Under the pieces are notes generated by a model. That model saw only the letters and a program-made list of their open reading frames with translations, searched no databases and was not told the origin of the DNA. The translations under genes and the position numbers were made by a program. From Thermoanaerobaculales bacterium (GTDB taxonomy: Bacteria > Acidobacteriota > Thermoanaerobaculia > Thermoanaerobaculales > Sulfomarinibacteraceae), in NCBI GenBank assembly GCA_025456145.1, contig JALOLD010000003.1, positions 18,209 to 82,208 on the forward strand: a DNA stretch of 64,000 bases. Reading direction: 5' to 3'. Numbering within the stretch: the first letter of the stretch is position 1; the number at the start of each line of letters is the position of its first letter. This document shows positions 8,491 to 15,538 of this stretch, one piece after another.

Positions 8491-8550
8491 ACCCTCACTC
8501 GCTGGCCTGTCGGGTCGGAGGTGAGGTGCGAGGCTGGTGCCGGAGGAGGG
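8491..8550. repeat. 60-bp direct repeat, copy 1 (contains a stray copy of the last 16 nt of tRNA-Leu)
   Basis: ACCCTCACTCGCTGGCCTGTCGGGTCGGAGGTGAGGTGCGAGGCTGGTGCCGGAGGAGGG is identical to 8689-8748. It starts 2 nt after the HIT stop codon. Confidence 0.9.
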
Positions 8551-8688
8551 TTCGGCCGTGCGCGGGAGCGGCGGTAAATCGCCGTTGCCGGCCGACGGCG
8601 GGTCGGTTGAGCGCTGCGGGGGGAAGGGCTGCCGGCTTACGGCGATCCGCCGATCCGCGCACGGGGCCGCGGCCACCGGCCGCGGTCA

Positions 8689-8748
8689 ACCCTCACTCGC
8701 TGGCCTGTCGGGTCGGAGGTGAGGTGCGAGGCTGGTGCCGGAGGAGGG
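8689..8748. repeat. 60-bp direct repeat, copy 2 (overlaps the genuine 3' end of tRNA-Leu, 8733-8748)
   Basis: It is a perfect 60/60 match to 8491-8550, with a 198-bp period. The 138 bp between the copies form an imperfect long hairpin. Confidence 0.9.
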
Positions 8749-8818
8749 ATTCGAACCCTCACTGGGTTGCCCCAGGCGGATTTTGAGTCCGCTGCGTCTG
8801 CCATTCCGCCACTCCGGC
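8733..8818 (-). tRNA. tRNA-Leu (anticodon CAA), class II with a long variable arm, CCA encoded
   Basis: Reverse complement: GCCGGAGTGGCGGAATGGCAGACGCAGCGGACTCAAAATCCGCCTGGGGCAACCCAGTGAGGGTTCGAATCCCTCCTCCGGCACCA. The acceptor stem is 7 bp (GCCGGAG/CTCCGGC). The anticodon stem is GCGGA/TCCGC with loop CTCAAAA. The variable arm is CTGGG-GCAA-CCCAG. The T arm is GAGGG-TTCGAAT-CCCTC. Confidence 0.95.
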
Positions 8819-8827
8819 GTGCGGACC

Positions 8828-8857
8828 ATTCTCGCCCCCGGTCCGGCGGACGGTCAA
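8828..8857 (-). promoter_or_regulatory. Candidate promoter of tRNA-Leu
   Basis: The minus strand reads TTGACC (8852-8857), an 18-nt spacer, then GAGAAT (8828-8833). This is followed by 9 nt before the mature tRNA 5' end. Confidence 0.4.
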
Positions 8858-8953
8858 CCCCGCCCCGGTCGAGGGTCGCCGGTGGCGAGGTCGCGGCGCT
8901 CGTCTATCATGGCGCCGCGTCAGGGCCGCGTGAGGTCGCCAGGGAGGTCCGCG

Positions 8954-9634
8954 ATGGGATCGAATCACGAGAAGCTGCCCGCGGCGCCGGTGATCGTCGC
9001 CACGGCGCTCGCTCTGCTCGCCCTGCCCGCGATGTCGACGGCGATCGAGGCGGCGCCGTCCCCCGGTCAGCTCGACGTCCTCCAGGGCACCGTGGTCGCC
9101 CTCGACGGAACGCCGCCCCCCGACGGCCCGAGGCCCGACAGCTATCGGTGGGAGATCGTCGAGGGCGATGGCGGCCGGCTGTACGACGCCGACCGTGAGA
9201 ATGCGATGCTCCAGACCCCGGTGATCGAGGACGAGCTCGAGGTCCTCGTCGTCCGCCTGACCGTGACCTATCCGGATGGTCCGCCGGCGACCAGCACCGT
9301 CCACATCCTGGTCCATCGTGAGCCCCCGGAGCACCGGCCGGCGCCCGAGGAGAGATCGATCGAGCAGGTGATGAGCGACTTCTACCGCGAGGAGCGAGAG
9401 GCCCGGGACCGGAACCGCGAGCGCCTCGAGGCGAGCCGGCCGACCGTCGTCCAGCAGAGCATCTCCTATGGGTGGATCTCCCCGGGCTACGGGTGGGGCT
9501 GGGGCTGGCCGACCTTCGTCCCGGTCTCGACGACGATCGTCGCGCCGCCGCCCGGGGTCGACCTCGGGCCGGCGTCGACGAACTCCGGCGTCCCGCTGTT
9601 CGACTCGGAAGCCGTCCGCGACCCGGCGCCCTGA
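8954..9634 (+). CDS. Hypothetical secreted protein (Ig-like middle region, GYGWGWGWP motif)
   Basis: From ORF 8735..9634, with the start moved to ATG 8954, which is preceded by AGGGAGG. The signal-like N-terminus is MGSNHEKLPAAPVIVATALALLALPAMSTAIEA. I recognise no family motif. Confidence 0.6.
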   Translation: MGSNHEKLPAAPVIVATALALLALPAMSTAIEAAPSPGQLDVLQGTVVALDGTPPPDGPRPDSYRWEIVEGDGGRLYDADRENAMLQTPVIEDELEVLVVRLTVTYPDGPPATSTVHILVHREPPEHRPAPEERSIEQVMSDFYREEREARDRNRERLEASRPTVVQQSISYGWISPGYGWGWGWPTFVPVSTTIVAPPPGVDLGPASTNSGVPLFDSEAVRDPAP

Positions 9635-9713
9635 GCGGCGACGGCCGAGCTTCACACCGCCCTCACATCTGCCGGATACAATAGAGGGTCAGGGTGCGTT
9701 TGGGGGATGTGGC

Positions 9714-11825
9714 ATGGCGGCGAAGTCTGCGGCGAGCACCACGATCGAGGGCGAGACCTTCATCAACCGCGAGCTGAGCTGGCTCCAGTTCGCCCGCCGG
9801 GTGCTCGAGCTCGCCAGCGACCCGGGAGTGCCGCTTCTCGAGAAGGTCCGCTACGCCGGCATCCTCGGCATGCTCCACGACGAGTTCTTCATGAAGCGGA
9901 TGTCCGGGCTCAAGCGGCAGATCGAGAAGGGCGTCAAGAAGATCTCGATCGACGGCCGGACGCCCGAGCAGGAGCTCGCCGCGTGCCGCACCGAGATCAT
10001 CGCCCAGGTCGCCGATCTCGCGGCGCTGATGCGTGACCAGCTGCGTCCGGCGCTCGCCGAGGCCGGCTACCCGATCCTCGACCACGATTGCCTCTCCAAG
10101 AGCCAGCGGCGCGACCTCGAGGCCTACTATCGGCGCGCCGTTCTGCCGATCCTGACCCCACTCGCGGTCGACGCCGAGCACCCCTTTCCCTTCATCTCGA
10201 ACCTCGGCCTCAACCTCGCGGTGGTCATCAAGGAGGGCAAGCGGGAGCGCTTCATCCGTCTCAAGGTCCCGGCGAACCGCCAGCGCTGGGTTCCGGTCGG
10301 CGAGGACGGCGGCTGCGTGCCGCTCGAGCAGGTCATCGCGGCCAACCTCGACGCGCTCTTCCCGAAGGCCAAGATCGGCCCGGTCCACCTCTTCCGGCTG
10401 ACCCGCGGCGCCGAGGCCGACGAGGACCGCCAGCGCGACGTCGACGACCCGGGGGCCCTGACCGTACCCGGGAACATCGTCCAGCAGGTCGCCTCCGAGC
10501 TCAAGGCGCGGCGCTTCGCCGGCGAGGTCCGGCTGCAGGTGTCGTCGGACATGCCGAAAAGCACGCGCGACTGGCTGCGCGGCCAGCTCGGCTGCCGCGA
10601 GGACGAGGTCTACGAGACCGACAACCTGCTCGGCATCGCCGACCTGCTCCAGCTCAAGGTCCCCGGGCGGCCCGAGCTGCGCTACCCGCCGCACCACCCG
10701 GTGACCCACCCGCGGCTCCGCGGTCTCGACCCGGAGGACCCGGGGGCGATCTTCTGCGAGATCTGCCGCGGCGACATCCTCCTCCACCACCCCTACCAGA
10801 GCTTCGACGACTCGGTGCTCCGCTTCCTCGAGTCGGCCGCCATGGACGACCGGGTGCTCGCCATCAAGCTGACGATCTACCGCACCTCGAGCGAGTCGCC
10901 GATCATCGGCGCCCTGCTCGAGGCGGCGCGGCGCGGCAAGCAGGTGGCGGTGCTCGTCGAGATCACCGCCCGCTTCGACGAGGCGCCCAACATCGCCTGG
11001 GGGACGCTCCTCGAGGAGGAGGGGGTGCACGTCTCGTACGGCGTCGAGAAGCTCAAGACCCACGTCAAGCTGGCCATGGTGGTCCGCGAGGAGGCCGACG
11101 GCATCCGCCGCTACGTCCACGTCGGCACCGGCAACTACCACTCGGGCACCGCGAGAATCTACGAGGATCTCGGTCTGCTGAGCTGCGACCCCGAGCTCAG
11201 CGACGACGTCGCCGCGGTCTTCAACGAGCTCACCGGAGCCACGCCGTATGACGGATACCGCAAGCTCATGGTGGCGCCGCGTTTCATGCGCGAGCGGTTC
11301 CGCGAGCTCATCCGGCGCGAGGTCGCGCACGCCGAGGCTGGACGACCGTGCGGTATCGTCGCCAAGATGAACCAGCTCCAGGACCCGGACCTGGTCCGGG
11401 AGCTCTACGCCGCGAGCCGGGCCGGAGTGCCGATCACCCTCAACATCCGTGGTCTGTGCATCCTTCAGCCCGGCGTGCCGGGGTTGTCGGAGACGATCCG
11501 GGTGTACTCGGTCCTCGGCCGCTTTCTCGAGCACGGCAGGATCTACCGTTTCACCAACGGCGGCGACACCGAGATCTACATCGGCTCGGCGGACTGGATG
11601 AAGCGCAACCTCGACCGTCGGGTCGAGTCGATCGCGCCGATCTCGGACCCGGCATTGCGCGCCGAGATCGACGGGATCCTCGAGGTCTTCGAGCGCGACA
11701 ACGTGACCGCGTGGGATCTGCGGAGCGATGGCAGCCACCGACGGCGGCGCCCGGCCGACGGCGAGCCCGCCAGGGCCTCGCAGCAAGAGTTCATCAGGCT
11801 CGCCTCGGGCGACGAACTCTCGTGA
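9714..11825 (+). CDS. ppk1: Polyphosphate kinase 1
   Basis: The N-terminus FINRELSWLQFARRVLELA, HVGTGNYH, and the overall length and architecture of about 700 aa are typical of PPK1. The start is ATG 9714 within ORF 9468..11825. Confidence 0.93.
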   Translation: MAAKSAASTTIEGETFINRELSWLQFARRVLELASDPGVPLLEKVRYAGILGMLHDEFFMKRMSGLKRQIEKGVKKISIDGRTPEQELAACRTEIIAQVADLAALMRDQLRPALAEAGYPILDHDCLSKSQRRDLEAYYRRAVLPILTPLAVDAEHPFPFISNLGLNLAVVIKEGKRERFIRLKVPANRQRWVPVGEDGGCVPLEQVIAANLDALFPKAKIGPVHLFRLTRGAEADEDRQRDVDDPGALTVPGNIVQQVASELKARRFAGEVRLQVSSDMPKSTRDWLRGQLGCREDEVYETDNLLGIADLLQLKVPGRPELRYPPHHPVTHPRLRGLDPEDPGAIFCEICRGDILLHHPYQSFDDSVLRFLESAAMDDRVLAIKLTIYRTSSESPIIGALLEAARRGKQVAVLVEITARFDEAPNIAWGTLLEEEGVHVSYGVEKLKTHVKLAMVVREEADGIRRYVHVGTGNYHSGTARIYEDLGLLSCDPELSDDVAAVFNELTGATPYDGYRKLMVAPRFMRERFRELIRREVAHAEAGRPCGIVAKMNQLQDPDLVRELYAASRAGVPITLNIRGLCILQPGVPGLSETIRVYSVLGRFLEHGRIYRFTNGGDTEIYIGSADWMKRNLDRRVESIAPISDPALRAEIDGILEVFERDNVTAWDLRSDGSHRRRRPADGEPARASQQEFIRLASGDELS

Positions 11826-11900
11826 GCCGGCGAGCCGTCGCCGCGCGGAGCTGGATGCGCCTCGATCGCAACGGCCGGTCGTCCAGGGGCGAGGCCGCCT

Positions 11901-14567
11901 TCAGCTTCTCGGCTCGAGGGCCCCTTCTCCGAGCCAGTGCTCGAACAGCCGGAAGACGCGGTAGCCGTCGACCTTGGCGGTCCTCTCGATCTCGAGCGGC
12001 GAGGTCCCGCGGGTCGCCTGGACCCAGATCCCGTTGACGAAGGCCGCATCGCCCTCGTCGGGCAGACTGGTCGGCTGACTGCCGGTGGCGCCGAAACGGG
12101 CATCGTCCGCAACCACCGCCGCGGCGCGGTTGAACTCGTCGTACCTTCGCATGCCTTCCATGAGCAGGGACATCACCGAGTTGCCGCCGGCGGGAGAGCC
12201 GTCCGGCCGCCGGTCGAGCTGCCTGGTGACGAAGATGAACCGGCCGATCACCGGCCGCTCGAGGAGCTGGTAGACCGCGGTTTCGCCCGCGAGATCGCCA
12301 TAGGACGCGTCAACCATCAGACCGTCGCGCAACGCGATGTTGGCGACCGCGCTGCCGGTGTCGTCGAGCACGGTGAGCACGCCCTCGAGCCTCGAGTCGG
12401 CGAGGTTCTGCATGAGGTTGGGCAGACCGAACAGGGCGAGATCGCCGGACAGCGAGGTGAGGGTCTGCTCGTCGTCGGCGGAACGGTCGGTTGCGGGCCG
12501 GGCGCCGAGCTGGCTGAGACATTTCGCCGCGGCGTTGGCGAAGCGTTCGCCGGGGAAGTTGCGGACGATGCTGTCATAGACCTTGCGGACCTTCGGGGTG
12601 TCGGTTCCCGAGAGGCTCTCGAAGAGGTGTTGCAGGTTCTGGGCCTTCCTCGCCGACTTGACCGAGACGCCGAAGACCTTGACTGGGAGCTCGGCCTTGA
12701 TCGCGTCGATGATCCGGTTGACCGTGACCGGGTCGTCGCTCAGATCCGACGCGCCGAGCATCGCCAACCTGGCCAGGGTGGGGCCGAACTCCGAACGGCG
12801 GCTGAGGCCGTGGTTGACGATGCACTGCCGGGTTTCCTTCGAGTCGAACCTCATCATCGCCTTGAGCGCGGTGTCGAGGAGGGACTGGATCTCTTCGGGT
12901 TTGTGGGCCGCGTTCCCCTTCTGGAGAAGCACGTCCTCGAGGTCGCTCACTCTGGCCACCAGGGTCTTGGACGCCCTCGGGTGGTCGATCTGGCCGAGCC
13001 CGGTGAGGGCCTCGCGGATCAGCGGGAGCTCGCCTCCGGGCACCGAGGCCCGGATCAGGAGGTCGATCTCCTTCTCGATGTCGAGCTCGTCGCTGGGATC
13101 GATCGACCGCATGAGGTAGATCAGGTTGCGCTGGGCGTACCAGGGGTGGGCGACGTTGCCGGACAGCGAGTCGTCGAGGATCTTGATCGCCCGGCCGCGC
13201 GCCGCCTCGCCGTGGATCATGAGCAGCCTGAGGATCAGTCGGCGGCGATCACGCCGCTTCTCCTCGAAGAGGTCCTGGATCAGGTTGTCGATCTGGAGCC
13301 GGGGAAAGAAGTCGAGCACACGGCGAAGCAGCAGCCGCTTGTCGTCGTTTTCGGCGAAGCCGCGGAGCTGGGCCTCGTCGATCCGGCCGCCCGCCTGCTC
13401 GATGAAGGTGCGGGCGAAGGAGGGGTCGACCTCCTTTTGAGCGACCATCCTCTGGGCGAGGTCGATGACCGTCACCGCCCGGCCGAGCGAGCCGCCGTTG
13501 AACTCGTCGATCGCGGTCGAGATGAGCTCCTTGAACCGGTCGTTGAGCTCGGCCGGGCCCTTGGCGAGCTCGACCACCTTGCGCATGGTCTGGGCGGCGC
13601 CGCTGAGACCCGCCCCGCCCGTGTCCCCCGGGGCCGGCGCCTGCGCCGGCGCCCAGTCGGGCAGGGCGTTGCTCAGCACCCGGAAGACCCCGCTCCCGGT
13701 CGAGCCGACGCCGTACTGGTTGAGGTAGCGCAGCTGGTTGTCGAGGTCGGCGGTCGAGCGCGCCGAGGTCGCGACCTCGTCGATGATCCGCGACAGGAGC
13801 GCCCCCTGGGCCGCCGCGAGGGTGGCGTTGAGCTGCGACGGGGTCGACTGGGCGACGGGCGGGGCGGCCGCCACCCGCTCCCAGCGGTCGAGCAGCATGT
13901 TGAGGCGGTTGAGGTGGGCGGCGGTCTGCTCCTGCTCGGCCATCGCGGCGCTCTGGCCGGCTGCCTGGGTGGGAGGTGGGGTGGACCGCTCCGGGGCATC
14001 GGGGGGTCGTTCGAGCCGTTGGGCCGGGGCCGGGGGCGCGGTCGCGGATCTGCCGCTGCCGCCACCCCCGGCGGCCGGTGGGTAGGCGCCGCTCGCCGCG
14101 TGGTCGCCACCTCCCGTCGCTCCGCCCGGATCACCGCCGCGCATCGCCGGAACCCGGTCGACCGAGATCCGGGCCGCCACCGCCGGGTTGTCGGAGAGGA
14201 CGACGTCGAGATGGGCGAGGCTGACCGCGAGGTTGGACCGGTCGCCCTCGGGGCAGATGCTCAGCAGCATCGGACGGAGCCGGTCGAGGAAGACCTTGAG
14301 ATCCTCGCGCGGGATGAGCTCGAGCTCGCCGAGGTGGTGCACCTTACGCGCCGCGTGGAGGAGATAGTCGGCGATGGTCGAGGGCGCGGCGCCCTGGAGC
14401 TGGATCCCGACCCAACCGTGAATCGACCGGGCCATGATTTCGGGAGGCGAGTTGAGGAGGACCTCGGCCGAGCCTGCGAAGATCATCGGGGCGATCTCGT
14501 CCGACAAATACCTCGCGAGCTCGTTCTGCGCCTCGCCGATCAGTTGATCGTCGACCTCGATACCCAA
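11901..14567 (-). CDS. Large hypothetical protein with a C-terminal DUF4388/PATAN-type domain and helical-repeat body
   Basis: The 888-codon ORF starts at TTG 14567, preceded by GGGAGG. The C-terminal region SGDLALFGLPNLMQNLADSRLEGVLTVLDD ... GETAVYQLLERP fits the DUF4388 pattern. A Gly/Pro/Ala-rich disordered insert lies near the N-terminus. Confidence 0.7.
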   Translation of the reverse strand: MGIEVDDQLIGEAQNELARYLSDEIAPMIFAGSAEVLLNSPPEIMARSIHGWVGIQLQGAAPSTIADYLLHAARKVHHLGELELIPREDLKVFLDRLRPMLLSICPEGDRSNLAVSLAHLDVVLSDNPAVAARISVDRVPAMRGGDPGGATGGGDHAASGAYPPAAGGGGSGRSATAPPAPAQRLERPPDAPERSTPPPTQAAGQSAAMAEQEQTAAHLNRLNMLLDRWERVAAAPPVAQSTPSQLNATLAAAQGALLSRIIDEVATSARSTADLDNQLRYLNQYGVGSTGSGVFRVLSNALPDWAPAQAPAPGDTGGAGLSGAAQTMRKVVELAKGPAELNDRFKELISTAIDEFNGGSLGRAVTVIDLAQRMVAQKEVDPSFARTFIEQAGGRIDEAQLRGFAENDDKRLLLRRVLDFFPRLQIDNLIQDLFEEKRRDRRRLILRLLMIHGEAARGRAIKILDDSLSGNVAHPWYAQRNLIYLMRSIDPSDELDIEKEIDLLIRASVPGGELPLIREALTGLGQIDHPRASKTLVARVSDLEDVLLQKGNAAHKPEEIQSLLDTALKAMMRFDSKETRQCIVNHGLSRRSEFGPTLARLAMLGASDLSDDPVTVNRIIDAIKAELPVKVFGVSVKSARKAQNLQHLFESLSGTDTPKVRKVYDSIVRNFPGERFANAAAKCLSQLGARPATDRSADDEQTLTSLSGDLALFGLPNLMQNLADSRLEGVLTVLDDTGSAVANIALRDGLMVDASYGDLAGETAVYQLLERPVIGRFIFVTRQLDRRPDGSPAGGNSVMSLLMEGMRRYDEFNRAAAVVADDARFGATGSQPTSLPDEGDAAFVNGIWVQATRGTSPLEIERTAKVDGYRVFRLFEHWLGEGALEPRS

Positions 14568-14707
14568 CGCGCCTCCCAGTCAGCACCGAACCAACCTCGC
14601 CCGCGATCGTCGCCGGGCGGGGTACGGGGCCGGGAAAGCCCGACAGCCGTAGCGGATGCACCATGATTGCACCATTGGGCCGTTCTCGGCAAGTCGCCGG
14701 TCCGACG

Positions 14708-15421
14708 TCAATCCTCTTCGGGCACGGGTGGCGGCTGGAGGTCGGTCGGGCAGAGGCGGTCGCGCCGCTCGGTGAGGTCGGCGACCACCGCCGCCGAGAA
14801 GCCGAGCTCTGGCCGTGCCTCCACGACCTCGCGCTTGTACCGGGCGATGTCGATCATCTCGAAGCGGCAGAGGATCGGCTGGAAGAGGCGCGGCATGAGC
14901 TCTCCCGGGGACTGGATGTGGTGCAACCCACCCGAGTACACGGTGAGCATCCTGCCGTCGGGCAACGCCTCCAAGATGTCGGCGATACCCGTCCGGACGG
15001 TCATCGGACGACCCGAGGAGTCGAGCCCGGTGCGACGCTTCATCCGACCCTCGGGGAGGATCACGACGAGCGCACGGTCGTCGATGCTGGTGAGCACCTT
15101 CTCCCAGGTCGCATCGCGGTGCCGGGTGACGGTGACCGCGTGGCGGACTAGGAACCTGAAGAACATCCCGATCGGCCGCCGCATCGTCTTCTCCGCCACC
15201 GGCAGCACCCCGTGCCGGGCGAAGCGCCAGAGCAGCGCGGTCGAGGCATAGCCCGCGATCAACGGCTCATACAGGCTGGTGTGGTTGAGGATCGCCACCA
15301 CCCGGGTACGGTCGGCCATCTCGGCCGGCTTGGTCGGTATCCAGTCCTCGTGGAGCCTGAAGAAGAGCCGGGTCGCGGCCCTCACGCTCAGCAGCAGCAG
15401 GAAGACGAGGATCGATCGCAT
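14708..15421 (-). CDS. PlsC/LPLAT-family acyltransferase (lysophospholipid acyltransferase-like)
   Basis: AILNHTSLYEP is an HX4D/E-type block, ILPEGRMKR is an FPEG-type block, and there is an N-terminal TM helix. Confidence 0.75.
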   Translation of the reverse strand: MRSILVFLLLLSVRAATRLFFRLHEDWIPTKPAEMADRTRVVAILNHTSLYEPLIAGYASTALLWRFARHGVLPVAEKTMRRPIGMFFRFLVRHAVTVTRHRDATWEKVLTSIDDRALVVILPEGRMKRRTGLDSSGRPMTVRTGIADILEALPDGRMLTVYSGGLHHIQSPGELMPRLFQPILCRFEMIDIARYKREVVEARPELGFSAAVVADLTERRDRLCPTDLQPPPVPEED

Positions 15422-15538
15422 GGCTCATCGCCGGCGACCGCGCGGCCGCGGGCGTTGCCGGCAACCCTAGCCGATCCCGGCGCCCCCGGCACGTCGCAGT
15501 GCGGCATCGGGGGCCGGTCGAACGGGGGGCGTTCGCCC

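Noticed and set aside
8489-8953. A genomic island or prophage integrated at tRNA-Leu.
   Set aside because: Only 138 bp lie between the direct repeats, and no integrase, excisionase or phage genes occur within 10 kb. I report it only as a possible scar.
9663-14666. Long ORFs 9663..11786 (-, 707 aa), 11937..14666 (+, 909 aa), and similar ones opposite recD2, the GMC genes, the cytochrome gene and the kinase gene (e.g. 20497..22848, 22829..24514, 42151..44079, 56830..57930).
   Set aside because: All are antisense shadows of genes with strong motif support (ppk1, the DUF4388 protein, recD2 and others). None has a recognisable motif or plausible amino-acid composition.
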